From contig DPCK01000113.1 in NCBI GenBank assembly GCA_003516285.1, forward strand, positions 1-47,266: a DNA stretch of 47,266 bases, read 5' to 3'. The stretch is from Lutibacter sp. (lineage in GTDB: Bacteria > Bacteroidota > Bacteroidia > Flavobacteriales > Flavobacteriaceae). Each line of letters starts with the position of its first letter. The first letter of the stretch is position 1. Shown here one piece after another: positions 1 through 10,157 of this stretch. The notes beneath the pieces were generated by a model. That model made no database searches. It was not told where the DNA came from and saw nothing but the letters and a program-made list of their open reading frames with translations. Both the position numbers and the translations under genes were made by a program.

Positions 1-275
1 CATTGTTAATATTAATGAATAGCGATTTTAAACGTGTGCCTTGGTTTATTGTAACTGCGGGTATTATTGTTTTAATAGGGCACTATATCGATATTTTTGT
101 GATGATTATGCCGGCAACAGTTGGCGACCAATGGTTTATTGGCATTTCTGAAATAAGTTCCCTATTGCTTATATTGGGCATCTTCATTTATGTGGTATTT
201 AACGCAATGACAAAAGCGCCATTATTGGCAAAAGGAAGTCCTTTCATTAAAGAAAGTGAGCATTTTCATTATTAA
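1..275 (+). CDS. actF: Alternative complex III membrane subunit ActF-like, C-terminal part (5' truncated by window)
   Basis: Hydrophobic helices with GHYIDIFVMIMP and C-terminal PFIKESEHFHY; lies directly upstream of cox II/I as in flavobacterial ACIII-aa3 operons. Confidence 0.75.
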   Translation, partial: LLILMNSDFKRVPWFIVTAGIIVLIGHYIDIFVMIMPATVGDQWFIGISEISSLLLILGIFIYVVFNAMTKAPLLAKGSPFIKESEHFHY

Positions 276-301
276 AATCATAAAAGGCACATAGAAAAGA
301 G

Positions 302-332
302 TCCTGAACAAAAAATATTCAGGATTTTTTTT
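302..332 (+). terminator. Putative intrinsic terminator after actF
   Basis: TCCTGAA-N9-TTCAGGA hairpin followed by T8. Confidence 0.5.
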
Positions 333-339
333 ATATTTG
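332..339 (+). promoter_or_regulatory. Bacteroidota -7 promoter element for cox II
   Basis: TATATTTG matches TAnnTTTG, 30 nt upstream of the ATG at 370. Confidence 0.5.
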
Positions 340-369
340 GCAACTCGATAACTACTAGCTTAAAAAAAT

Positions 370-1380
370 ATGACAGCATTATTTTATATTTTACTCGCAA
401 TCGTAATAGGAATTGCAATTTGGCAAATAATAAGTATTTTTAATTTGAAAGGGGCTATTGCCACCGAAAAGGATAACAATACCCAAGGAATTTTATTTGC
501 TGTTTTTGGCGTTTTCTTTTATGGATTGATGATATTTTCATTTTGGAAATATTCCGTAATTCTACTTCCTGAATCTGCTTCTTTTGAAGGCGCTCGCGTT
601 GATAATTTGTATATGGTAACGATGGTCCTCATTTTATTTGTACAAGCAATAACGCAGTTTTTACTCTTCTATTTTGCATTTAAATATCGTGGAATTAAAG
701 GAAGAAAAGCATTATTTTATGCCGACAGCCATAAGCTGGAAATGATTTGGACCATTGTTCCTGCGGTTGTTCTTGCCGGATTGGTGCTTTACGGACTTTC
801 AGTTTGGAATGATGTGATGGATTCCTCTGATGCCGAAAATCCTTTAATTGTTGAAGTGTATGCCAAACAATTTCAATGGGAAGCACGTTATGCAGGTGGC
901 GATAATGAATTGGGAAGAGCCAATGTGCGCAACATAAAGGGAATTAATACGATGGGTGTTGATATGACCGATAAAAACGCAATCGATGATATTCCAACTA
1001 GGGAATTGCGTTTGCCAAAAGGGCGACAAGTGATTTTTAAATTTCGTTCCCAAGATGTTTTGCACTCAGCCTATATGCCACATTTTAGGGCACAAATGAA
1101 CTGCGTTCCGGGAATGGTGACCCAGTTTTCTTTTACGCCGAGTATGACAACCGAAGAAATGAGGGCAAATGAAAAAACAATAGCGAAAGTTGAAGGCATC
1201 AATAAAATCAGGGCTGAAAAAGGCGAAGATCCTTACGAATTTGATTATTTATTGCTTTGCAACAAAATTTGCGGCTCCTCACATTACAATATGCAAATGA
1301 AAATAATTGTGCTGGAAGAAGCTGATTTTAACAATTGGATAAGCATTCAAAAAACGATTGCTGAAGTTGTACAAGAATAA
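370..1380 (+). CDS. coxB: Cytochrome c oxidase subunit II
   Basis: LEMIWTIVP helix, KQFQW aromatic motif, DVLHS and CNKICGSSHYNM CuA ligands. Confidence 0.95.
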   Translation: MTALFYILLAIVIGIAIWQIISIFNLKGAIATEKDNNTQGILFAVFGVFFYGLMIFSFWKYSVILLPESASFEGARVDNLYMVTMVLILFVQAITQFLLFYFAFKYRGIKGRKALFYADSHKLEMIWTIVPAVVLAGLVLYGLSVWNDVMDSSDAENPLIVEVYAKQFQWEARYAGGDNELGRANVRNIKGINTMGVDMTDKNAIDDIPTRELRLPKGRQVIFKFRSQDVLHSAYMPHFRAQMNCVPGMVTQFSFTPSMTTEEMRANEKTIAKVEGINKIRAEKGEDPYEFDYLLLCNKICGSSHYNMQMKIIVLEEADFNNWISIQKTIAEVVQE

Positions 1381-1411
1381 TTAACTACTACACTACTAAA
1401 AAATAGATAAT

Positions 1412-3163
1412 ATGTCAGATCATCACCACAAAGAAACATTTATTACAAAATACGTTTTTAGTACTGACCATAAAATGATTTCAAAACAGTATTTGGTTAC
1501 TGGGATTTTTATGGGAATTATTGGGGTATTTATGTCTATGATGTTTCGCTTGCAAATTGCTTGGCCAGATACTTCTTTTAGTATTATTGAGGCTTTTTTA
1601 GGTCGCCACCAAGACGGAGGCGTTATGTCTCCGGATATTTATTTGGCATTGGTGACCATTCACGGTACCATTATGGTTTTCTTCGTTTTAACAGCTGGTT
1701 TAAGCGGAACTTTCAGCAACTTGTTGATTCCCTTGCAAATTGGCGCACGCGATATGGCCTCAGGATTCTTAAATATGATTTCCTATTGGCTGTTCTTTTT
1801 ATCGAGTGTGATTATGGTTATTTCACTTTTTGTGGAAGCGGGCCCAGCATCAGCAGGTTGGACCATTTATCCGCCTTTAAGCGCCTTGCCGCAAGCCATC
1901 CCGGGTTCTGGAATGGGAATGACACTTTGGTTAATTTCTATGGCAATATTTATTGCTTCATCTTTAATGGGCGCATTAAATTATATCGTAACGGTGCTTA
2001 ATTTAAGAACGGTTGGAATGACGATGACTCGATTGCCATTAACAATTTGGGCGTTTTTTGTGACTGCTATTATTGGAGTGGTTTCCTTTCCTGTTTTGCT
2101 TTCTGCTGCTTTATTGTTAATTTTCGACAGAAGTTTTGGAACGTCGTTTTTCTTGTCAGATATATTTATCCAAGGGGAAGTTTTGCATTATCAAGGTGGA
2201 TCTCCAGTTTTGTTTGAACATTTGTTTTGGTTCTTGGGACATCCCGAAGTGTATATTGTAATATTGCCGGCAATGGGTATCGTTTCTGAAATTATGGCTT
2301 GTAATTCCAGGAAACCTATTTTTGGTTATCGCGCAATGATTGGGTCAATTATAGCCATTGCATTTTTATCGACAATTGTTTGGGGACACCATATGTTTGT
2401 TTCCGGGATGAATCCGTTTCTGGGATCGGTGTTTACATTTACCACTTTATTAATTGCAATTCCATCCGCCGTAAAAGCCTTTAACTGGATTACGACATTG
2501 TGGAAAGGAAACCTCCAAATGAATCCGGCTATGTTATTTTCTATAGGCTTTGTTTCTACATTTATTTCCGGAGGATTAACGGGATTGGTGCTTGGCGACA
2601 GCGCTTTGGATATTAACGTACACGATACCTACTTTGTGGTAGCCCATTTTCATTTGGTAATGGGTGTATCTGCAATTTATGGAATGTTTGCGGGTGTTTA
2701 TCATTGGTTTCCTAAAATGTATGGAAGAATGATGAACAAGGCATTGGGTTACTGGCATTTCTGGATTACGGTAATTGCAGCTTACGGGGTGTTTTTCCCA
2801 ATGCATTTTGTTGGATTGGCAGGATTGCCGCGTAGATATTATGCCAACACCGCTTTTCCTTTATTTGATGATGTGGCCGATGTAAATATTGTAATCACTT
2901 TATTTGCTATTTTAGGAGGTGCAGCACAACTCATTTTCTTGACCAACTTTTTTATGAGTATTTATAAAGGAAAAAAAGCCGAACAAAATCCTTGGAAAGC
3001 AAATACTTTGGAATGGACAACGCCTGTTGATCATATTCATGGAAACTGGCCGGGAGAAATCCCTGCAGTTCATCGCTGGCCTTATGATTACAGCAAACCA
3101 GGACAAGAAAAAGATTATGTTTCCCAAATTACGCCTTTATATGAGGGTGAAGAGGAGTCGTAA
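1412..3163 (+). CDS. coxA: Cytochrome c oxidase subunit I (A1-type haem-copper oxidase)
   Basis: TDHK, HGTIMVF, GWTIYPPLS, WFLGHPEVY, VWGHHMF, HDTYFVVAHFH and PRRY motifs. Confidence 0.97.
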   Translation: MSDHHHKETFITKYVFSTDHKMISKQYLVTGIFMGIIGVFMSMMFRLQIAWPDTSFSIIEAFLGRHQDGGVMSPDIYLALVTIHGTIMVFFVLTAGLSGTFSNLLIPLQIGARDMASGFLNMISYWLFFLSSVIMVISLFVEAGPASAGWTIYPPLSALPQAIPGSGMGMTLWLISMAIFIASSLMGALNYIVTVLNLRTVGMTMTRLPLTIWAFFVTAIIGVVSFPVLLSAALLLIFDRSFGTSFFLSDIFIQGEVLHYQGGSPVLFEHLFWFLGHPEVYIVILPAMGIVSEIMACNSRKPIFGYRAMIGSIIAIAFLSTIVWGHHMFVSGMNPFLGSVFTFTTLLIAIPSAVKAFNWITTLWKGNLQMNPAMLFSIGFVSTFISGGLTGLVLGDSALDINVHDTYFVVAHFHLVMGVSAIYGMFAGVYHWFPKMYGRMMNKALGYWHFWITVIAAYGVFFPMHFVGLAGLPRRYYANTAFPLFDDVADVNIVITLFAILGGAAQLIFLTNFFMSIYKGKKAEQNPWKANTLEWTTPVDHIHGNWPGEIPAVHRWPYDYSKPGQEKDYVSQITPLYEGEEES

Positions 3164-3186
3164 ATAGTTTAAAATATTTTTAATTC

Positions 3187-3234
3187 AAAATTCTCATAAA
3201 ATTTCTAACATGGAGGTTTATGAGAATTTTTCTT
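3187..3234 (+). terminator. Intrinsic terminator of the cox genes
   Basis: AAAATTCTCATAAA-N16-TTTATGAGAATTTT inverted repeat with T-rich tail. Confidence 0.65.
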
Positions 3235-3310
3235 TACTACTTCGGTCTTCGGACTTGCATCTTTTCAATTATTAATGATTAATTTTTAATTTTTAATTCT
3301 TTGACTTCGT

Positions 3311-3318
3311 TATCTTTG
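3311..3318 (+). promoter_or_regulatory. -7 element of ruvB (likely leaderless or very short leader)
   Basis: TATCTTTG ends 5 nt before the ATG at 3324. Confidence 0.5.
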
Positions 3319-3323
3319 TTTTT

Positions 3324-4346
3324 ATGAACGAAAACCTGAATCCTGATAAAAATACTTCTTCTCCTGAAGACTTGGAAGTTGAAAAAAAATTGCGTCCCTT
3401 ATCATTTGATGATTTTACGGGTCAGGAACAAGTGATAGACAATCTGAAAGTTTTTGTTAAAGCAGCAAACTTAAGAAACGAGGCTTTAGATCATACTTTG
3501 TTTCACGGTCCTCCCGGACTTGGAAAAACCACTTTAGCGCATATTCTGGCAAATGAACTAAACGTCGGACTTAAAATTACCTCTGGACCTGTTTTGGATA
3601 AACCCGGAGATTTGGCCGGTTTGCTTACCAATTTAAGTGAACGCGATGTATTGTTTATTGATGAAATTCACCGATTAAGTCCGGTTGTGGAGGAATATTT
3701 ATATTCGGCTATGGAAGATTATCGGATTGATATTATGATTGAATCCGGACCAAACGCACGAACCGTTCAAATAGATTTAGAACCATTTACCTTAATTGGC
3801 GCAACCACAAGATCGGGTTTATTAACTGCACCAATGCGCGCTCGTTTTGGAATTAGCAGCCGTTTGCAATATTACAATACCGAATTGTTGACCACCATTG
3901 TGCAACGTAGCGCCATCATTTTAAAAGTTCCTATTTCTATGGAATCAGCTATCGAAATAGCAGGAAGAAGTAGAGGAACACCTAGAATTGCAAATGCTTT
4001 GTTACGAAGAGTTCGAGATTTTGCCCAAATAAAAGGAGACGGAAAGATAAGTATTGAAATCGCCAAATATGCATTGAACGCCCTAAATGTTGATGCGCAC
4101 GGATTGGATGAAATGGACAATAAAATTTTGACTACCATCATTGATAAATTCAAAGGAGGTCCTGTTGGTATTAGCACCATCGCGACCGCTGTTGGGGAAA
4201 ATACGGAAACCATTGAAGAAGTTTATGAACCATTTTTGATCCAGGAAGGTTTTATAATGCGCACGCCTCGCGGAAGAGAAGTAACAGAACTCGCCTACAA
4301 GCATTTAGGAAGAATTAAAGGAAATATTCAGGGAGGTTTATTTTAA
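3324..4346 (+). CDS. ruvB: Holliday junction branch migration helicase RuvB
   Basis: [12 protein letters not shown] Walker [10 protein letters not shown] Walker [25 protein letters not shown]. Confidence 0.98.
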   Translation: MNENLNPDKNTSSPEDLEVEKKLRPLSFDDFTGQEQVIDNLKVFVKAANLRNEALDHTLFHGPPGLGKTTLAHILANELNVGLKITSGPVLDKPGDLAGLLTNLSERDVLFIDEIHRLSPVVEEYLYSAMEDYRIDIMIESGPNARTVQIDLEPFTLIGATTRSGLLTAPMRARFGISSRLQYYNTELLTTIVQRSAIILKVPISMESAIEIAGRSRGTPRIANALLRRVRDFAQIKGDGKISIEIAKYALNALNVDAHGLDEMDNKILTTIIDKFKGGPVGISTIATAVGENTETIEEVYEPFLIQEGFIMRTPRGREVTELAYKHLGRIKGNIQGGLF

Positions 4347-4354
4347 TATTTTTT

Positions 4355-4398
4355 TGTGATATGAATCACAAAACTAAAAATTGTTCAGTGTACTTTTG
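4355..4398 (+). promoter_or_regulatory. CRP/FNR-type box plus -7 element upstream of the SulP pair
   Basis: Perfect TGTGA-TATGAA-TCACA at 4355-4370; TACTTTTG at 4391-4398. Confidence 0.7.
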
Positions 4399-4428
4399 TT
4401 TGAGTAAAAATTCGAATCTTATTGGGCT

Positions 4429-6171
4429 ATGAGTTTAAAAAAAATATTTCCTTTTTTAATTTGGCTGCCTTTAGTAAAAAGCACTTGGAAAGATGATTTA
4501 ATTGCCGGTATTACAGGAACTATTATTGTAATCCCGCAAGCTGTCGCTTTTGCTATGATTGCAGGTTTACCGCCAATCTACGGTTTTTATACAGCGATGA
4601 TTACGCCAATAATTGCAGCCTTGTTCGGCTCATCATATCATTTAATTTCAGGGCCTACCACCACCAGTTCAATTGTGGTTTTTGCAGTGATAAGTAAATT
4701 TGCAAATCCGGAATCAGAACTCGAAGCTTTTATTTCATTGGCCATCGTGTTATCATTTATGGCTGGCGTTATCAAATTGGTAATGGGACTGGCAAAAATG
4801 GGTAAACTTGTTAATTTTGTTTCTAATTCCGTAGTCATAGGTTTTGCTGCCGGTGCCGGAATTTTAATTGGTTTTAAACAATTGAAATATGTTTTCGGGC
4901 TCGATGTACCTTTAGGAAGCACATTTTATGAAATTACACGCTATATAATTTCTCATATTACAGAAACTAATTTTTATGTATTTGGCGTTGCTTTAGGAAC
5001 GCTGCTCATCGCTTTTCTGATTAAGAAATTTTTTAAAAAGATTTCCAAATTATATATGTTAATTGCGATGGTGCTTGGAACTTTGTTGGCAATTTTGTTG
5101 GGCGGAAATATACACGGGATAGAAACAGTTGGCAATGTGCCATCGCATTTGCCGCCATTCAAAATTCCCAATTTTAATTATGAAGATATGCGATTGCTAA
5201 CCTCCGGAGCATTTACGCTGGCATTATTGGGTTTGGTTGAAGCGGTTTCAATTGCGCGAGCAGTTGCATTGCATTCGCATCAAAAACTAGACAATAATCA
5301 GGAATTTATTGGACAAGGTTTGTCAAATATTGTTTCCAGTTTTTTCTCCTCTTATGCAAGTTCAGGATCATTTACGCGCTCTGGCTTAAATTATCAGTCT
5401 GGTGCAAAAACGCCTTTATCCGCAATTATTTCTGCTATTGGATTGATGTTGGTGGTGTTATTTTTTGCCCGATTTGCTTCATATTTGCCAAAAGCGGCGA
5501 TGGGAGGCATTATTTTATTGGTAGGCTATAATTTAATAGATTTTGATCACATCAGGCAAATATTAAAAAGCAGCAAACGAGAACTAATTATTTTTAGCGT
5601 AACATTATTTGGCACTTTATTTTTAGAACTGGAAACAGCTTTATTTTTAGGAATATTAATTTCGTTGTTTTTCTATTTGGAAAAAACATCAAAACCAAAT
5701 ATCGCAGAAGTTGGTATCAACAAAGATGGTAAGTTTATCAATATCATTAGGGATGAAACCACACGTGAATGCCCTCAAATTAAAATTATCAGAATTGACG
5801 ACTCCATTTATTTTGGGGCCATTGAAGCCATAGCCAATTATTTTGCGGAACTATATGAGAAAAATGACAAAAAGCATATTCTAATTATAGCAAACGGAAT
5901 TAATTTTATTGATTTGGCGGGAGCCGAATTTATTGCTTATGAAGTTTTAAAATGGCAAGAAAGAGGCGGTGGCATCTATTTTGTCGGTTTAAAATTAGTA
6001 AGTCAGGAGATTCTTTTAAAAGGAGGATTTGCAGAAATGATAGGGAGCGAAAATTTCTTTAAAGATAAACATACAGCAATTGAAACAATTTATAAGAAAT
6101 TGGATAAGGAGCAGTGCAAAAATTGTGATGTAAAATTATTTCAAGAATGTAAACAAAGTGTTCAAGAATGA
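4429..6171 (+). CDS. SulP/SLC26 anion transporter with STAS domain and Cys-rich tail
   Basis: DLIAGIT..IPQAVAFAMIAGLPPIYG, GSFTRS, STAS INFIDLAG, terminal CKNC-x7-C. Confidence 0.93.
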   Translation: MSLKKIFPFLIWLPLVKSTWKDDLIAGITGTIIVIPQAVAFAMIAGLPPIYGFYTAMITPIIAALFGSSYHLISGPTTTSSIVVFAVISKFANPESELEAFISLAIVLSFMAGVIKLVMGLAKMGKLVNFVSNSVVIGFAAGAGILIGFKQLKYVFGLDVPLGSTFYEITRYIISHITETNFYVFGVALGTLLIAFLIKKFFKKISKLYMLIAMVLGTLLAILLGGNIHGIETVGNVPSHLPPFKIPNFNYEDMRLLTSGAFTLALLGLVEAVSIARAVALHSHQKLDNNQEFIGQGLSNIVSSFFSSYASSGSFTRSGLNYQSGAKTPLSAIISAIGLMLVVLFFARFASYLPKAAMGGIILLVGYNLIDFDHIRQILKSSKRELIIFSVTLFGTLFLELETALFLGILISLFFYLEKTSKPNIAEVGINKDGKFINIIRDETTRECPQIKIIRIDDSIYFGAIEAIANYFAELYEKNDKKHILIIANGINFIDLAGAEFIAYEVLKWQERGGGIYFVGLKLVSQEILLKGGFAEMIGSENFFKDKHTAIETIYKKLDKEQCKNCDVKLFQECKQSVQE

Positions 6172-7904
6172 ATTATAAAAAGATTATTCCAATTTTGGAT
6201 TGGTTGCCAAACTATAAAAAGGAATTTTTTAAAAACGACTTGGGTGCGGGATTGGCTGTTGGAATTATGCTTATACCACAAGGAATTGCCTATGCAATGA
6301 TTGCAGGATTGCCTCCAATTTACGGTTTGTATACCGCGATGATTCCACAAATGGTATACGCAATTTTCGGAACTTCCCGTCAGCTGGCTGTTGGGCCAGT
6401 TGCGATGGATTCGCTTATTGTGGCATCTGGCGTTGCAACACTGGCGGAAATAGGCTCGGAACATTTTATTGAATTTGCCATTCTTCTGGCCTTTATGATG
6501 GGGGTTTTGCAGGTATTGTTCGGGATTTTTAAATTGGGATTTTTGGTTAATTTTTTATCAAGGCCCGTTATTAGCGGCTTTACTTCGGCAGCGGCTTTAA
6601 TTATCGCGCTAAGCCAGTTAAAACATTTGTTGGGAATTGATATTCAGCGAAATAACAAAATACATAGTTTGGTTTTTGAGGCGCTTCAGCATTTAAAAGA
6701 CACTAATTTAATAACCCTTTCAATAGGCGTTATTTCAATACTGATTTTAGTGTTTTTTAATCAAATTTCTAAAAAAATACCTGCCGCTCTGGTGGTGGTG
6801 GTGGCGGGGATTGTCATTGCCAAATTTTTTAATTTGGATCAAATTGGGGTTAAAATAGTGGGTGAGATTCCAAGCGGATTGCCTGATTTTATTATTCCTT
6901 CTTTTGAAAAACAAACGCTCATTGATTTATTTCCCATTGCATTAACATTATCTTTTATCGGTTTTTTGGAAGCAATTTCTGTTGCAAAAGCCGTTGGAAT
7001 AAAGCACAATGATTATAAAGTAATTCCCAACCAGGAGTTAATTGCCCTTGGAATGGGAAATATTGTAGGCTCATTTTTTCAAACATATCCTGCTACTGGC
7101 GGATTTTCCAGAACTGCGGTGAACAATCAGGCAGGTGCCAAAACACCTATGGCCGCCATTATTTCTGGATCTGTTGTTGGACTTACCCTGTTGTTTTTTA
7201 CGCCTCTTTTTTACTATCTGCCCGAAGCCGTGCTGGCTGCAATTATTGTGGTGGCCGTTTTTGGATTGTTGGACTTTACCGTTCCAAAACAATTGTTGAA
7301 ATATTCAAAAAGAGAGCTTCTAATTTTAAACATCACACTTTTAATTACAGCCACGGTCGGCATTAAAGAAGGTATTTTTGTCGGAGTTATCTTGTCGTTG
7401 GGAATGTTGATTTATACAACCACCAAACCACATATAGCGATTTTGGGCAGAATTCCAGACACACATTTTTACAGGAACATCAAAAGATTTGAGGGATTGC
7501 TGATCACTTCCGAAGAAATTTTAATTGTGCGTTTTGACGCTCAGTTATTTTTTGCCAATGTGCAATATTTTAAAGATAAATTGGAAAAATCCGTAGCCGA
7601 AAAAGGCGATAAATTAAAATTAATCATTATTGACGGGGAAAGTATCAATAGCATCGACAGCTCTGGAGTTTATATGTTAAATGATGTGATCGCCAAGTAT
7701 CGAAGCTTGAATATAGATATCGCGTTTACCGGTATGAAAGGGCCAGTTCGCGATGTGCTGGAAAAAAGCGGCATTATAAAAAAGATAGGTTATCAAAATT
7801 GTTTTTTAAGCATTCAGGAAGCGGTTGATGCTTTTGAAGAAGGAAAAAAAAACAAAGAAACTGGAATCAAATTTTCCGATTACATAAAACAGACAAATAG
7901 TTAA
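6168..7904 (+). CDS. Second SulP/SLC26 anion transporter with STAS domain
   Basis: IPQGIAYAMIAGLPPIYGLY, GGFSRTAVN, LFFAN, IDSSG; ATGA overlap with the upstream sulP. Confidence 0.93.
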   Translation: MNYKKIIPILDWLPNYKKEFFKNDLGAGLAVGIMLIPQGIAYAMIAGLPPIYGLYTAMIPQMVYAIFGTSRQLAVGPVAMDSLIVASGVATLAEIGSEHFIEFAILLAFMMGVLQVLFGIFKLGFLVNFLSRPVISGFTSAAALIIALSQLKHLLGIDIQRNNKIHSLVFEALQHLKDTNLITLSIGVISILILVFFNQISKKIPAALVVVVAGIVIAKFFNLDQIGVKIVGEIPSGLPDFIIPSFEKQTLIDLFPIALTLSFIGFLEAISVAKAVGIKHNDYKVIPNQELIALGMGNIVGSFFQTYPATGGFSRTAVNNQAGAKTPMAAIISGSVVGLTLLFFTPLFYYLPEAVLAAIIVVAVFGLLDFTVPKQLLKYSKRELLILNITLLITATVGIKEGIFVGVILSLGMLIYTTTKPHIAILGRIPDTHFYRNIKRFEGLLITSEEILIVRFDAQLFFANVQYFKDKLEKSVAEKGDKLKLIIIDGESINSIDSSGVYMLNDVIAKYRSLNIDIAFTGMKGPVRDVLEKSGIIKKIGYQNCFLSIQEAVDAFEEGKKNKETGIKFSDYIKQTNS

Positions 7905-7927
7905 TATTTTCAAAATATTTTCTGTAA

Positions 7928-7972
7928 TGTGATGATGATTACAAATGATAGATTATTCATCTTGTAATTTTG
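7928..7972 (+). promoter_or_regulatory. CRP/FNR-type box plus -7 element upstream of MBL-rhodanese
   Basis: TGTGA-TGATGA-TTACA at 7928-7943; TAATTTTG at 7965-7972. Confidence 0.6.
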
Positions 7973-8104
7973 AGAAACAACAATTAATTTTAGTTAAATA
8001 TAAATCAATCAATTATGAAATGAGTTTATTGGATATATGAGTGAAACTCTGATTAAGATATACGAATTACATATGACCGAATTAAAACAAAAAAATAGAA
8101 CGAT

Positions 8105-9517
8105 ATGAAAGTAGAACAATTATTTACCAGCTGTTTGGCAGAAATGGCCTATTATGTTGAGTCGAATGGAGAAGCTGCCATCATTGATCCTTTGAGAGAA
8201 ACTGAACCTTATATTGAAATGGCGAAAGCCGACGGCGCTAAAATTAAATATGTTTTTTTAACGCATTTTCACGCCGATTTTGTTTCCGGACAAGTTGATT
8301 TGGCAAAAAAGACAGGGGCAACCATCGTTTTTGGCCCAAACGCCAATCCCAATTATGACATTCATAAAGGCATTGACGGGGAAGAATTTAAAATTGGAAA
8401 AGTAACCCTCAAATTATTGCATACACCCGGCCATACTATGGAATCTTCATCCTATGTTTTAATAGATGAAAAGGGAAAGAAACCTTATGTTTTCACTGGT
8501 GACTGTTTGTTTATCGGCGATGTGGGAAGACCAGATTTGGCGGTAAAATCGGATGTGACTGAAGCTGATTTGGCAGGTCATTTGTTTGATTCGCTTCGAA
8601 ATAAAATAATGACTTTACCCGATGATATTATTGTATTCCCAAATCACGGAGCGGGATCTGCCTGCGGAAAAAACATGAGTTCCGAAACTTTCGATACATT
8701 GGGAAATCAAAAGAAAACAAACTATGCTTTGAGGGCTGATATGACCAAAGAGGAATTTATTAAAGAAGTCACAACAGGTTTAAAACCGGCACCACAATAT
8801 TTTCCCAATAATGTACGAATGAATAAGGAAATTAACACGAGCATAGATGAAATTTTACATCGTGGAACAACACCAATTGATGCCGCAACTTTTAAAGAAA
8901 TGAGCGAGCGCGAGGATATTTTAGTGATTGATACGCGTTCCAAAGATGAATTTGCTGAAGAAGGCACCGTGCCGGGCGCTTGGTATATTGGTGTCGACGG
9001 TAATTTTGCGCCTTGGGTGGGTTCGTTAATCACCAACATCAAACAAAAAATTATTTTTATTGCTGAAGGCGGCAGGGAACACGAAGTGGTTACACGTTTT
9101 TCTCGTGTGGGTTACGACAATACTTTGGGTTTTTTAAGAGGCGGAATGCACGCTTGGCTTGCCGCAGGTTTTAAAGTTGATAAAATAGGCTCCATATCTG
9201 CAACGCAATTTGCCAATAAATTGAAAGCAGGAAATATTGTGGCGCTTGATGTTAGAAAAGAATCTGAATTTCTTTCAGAACACGTGGTTGGTGTTGAAAA
9301 TTTTCCGCTTGATTTTATTCATTCAAATTTTGCTGAAATAAAACCGGAAAAGGAATATTTTTTACATTGCGCAAGCGGTTATCGCTCACTTATTGCAGCC
9401 TCTATTTTTCAGGCAAACGGCATAAAAAAAGTTACGGATGTTAGAGGTGGTTTTAAAGACATTAAAGATACAGGCGTTAAATTAACCGACTATGTTTGCC
9501 CAACAACTTTGCTGTAA
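8105..9517 (+). CDS. MBL-fold persulfide dioxygenase-like protein fused to two rhodanese domains (CstB-like)
   Basis: THFHADF, HTPGHT, FTGDCLFIGDVGRPDL, HGAGSACGK; C-terminal rhodanese loop HCASGYRS. Confidence 0.88.
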   Translation: MKVEQLFTSCLAEMAYYVESNGEAAIIDPLRETEPYIEMAKADGAKIKYVFLTHFHADFVSGQVDLAKKTGATIVFGPNANPNYDIHKGIDGEEFKIGKVTLKLLHTPGHTMESSSYVLIDEKGKKPYVFTGDCLFIGDVGRPDLAVKSDVTEADLAGHLFDSLRNKIMTLPDDIIVFPNHGAGSACGKNMSSETFDTLGNQKKTNYALRADMTKEEFIKEVTTGLKPAPQYFPNNVRMNKEINTSIDEILHRGTTPIDAATFKEMSEREDILVIDTRSKDEFAEEGTVPGAWYIGVDGNFAPWVGSLITNIKQKIIFIAEGGREHEVVTRFSRVGYDNTLGFLRGGMHAWLAAGFKVDKIGSISATQFANKLKAGNIVALDVRKESEFLSEHVVGVENFPLDFIHSNFAEIKPEKEYFLHCASGYRSLIAASIFQANGIKKVTDVRGGFKDIKDTGVKLTDYVCPTTLL

Positions 9518-9602
9518 ATAGGCGTCCTGACTTGGCATACAAATCCTAATAATTCAGGATACAAGAATATAATTGCCAAAATTTTATACTAAAAGATAAA
9601 AA

Positions 9603-10025
9603 TTAAATTTTTTTATTCGCCATAAAATCTGTAATCTTTAAAGAACCTGAACCAAAAATAAAAAACACGCAAAGTAAAAATAAAACCAGGGCAGCCAGCT
9701 CAATGGATTGCCCACCCATCATTAATTTGGTATGCGAATACACAAAGAAAATGGCACTAAACAATATTGGAATTTGGATAAAAGCCCCTAATCTTGTCAA
9801 AAAACCAACTGCCAAAAGAATACCACCAAAAAGATGGGTTATCCCCACCAATGAAACCCAAACAAATAATTCTTGTTCAACTCCTAACTCAATAATAGAA
9901 TCTGGGTTTGCCAAGATAAGATAGCCTCTAATTGCCAAGGCAATTCCCAAAAAGATTCTAATGAGGCCAAAAGCAATTCCGGGTTTGGAGTCAAGTGATG
10001 ATGTGGAGGAGATAAACATATTCAT
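9603..10025 (-). CDS. DoxX family membrane protein
   Basis: Four hydrophobic segments with LIRIFLG, GGILLAVGFLTR and terminal GSG. Confidence 0.8.
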   Translation of the reverse strand: MNMFISSTSSLDSKPGIAFGLIRIFLGIALAIRGYLILANPDSIIELGVEQELFVWVSLVGITHLFGGILLAVGFLTRLGAFIQIPILFSAIFFVYSHTKLMMGGQSIELAALVLFLLCVFFIFGSGSLKITDFMANKKI

Positions 10026-10157
10026 AGTGGTGGAATTTAGAAGATTATATACTCAAAGTTATAAAAAATAATACAACAAATATTAATTTTTGTGAATTTC
10101 CTTCAAGAATTGAAGATTTTACGAAATTTTTTTAAGGTCCAATTTTTTATTCTATAA

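Noticed and set aside
4429-7904. Recent tandem duplication or split pseudogene of sulP
   Set aside because: Both genes are full length with their own STAS domains and are clearly divergent
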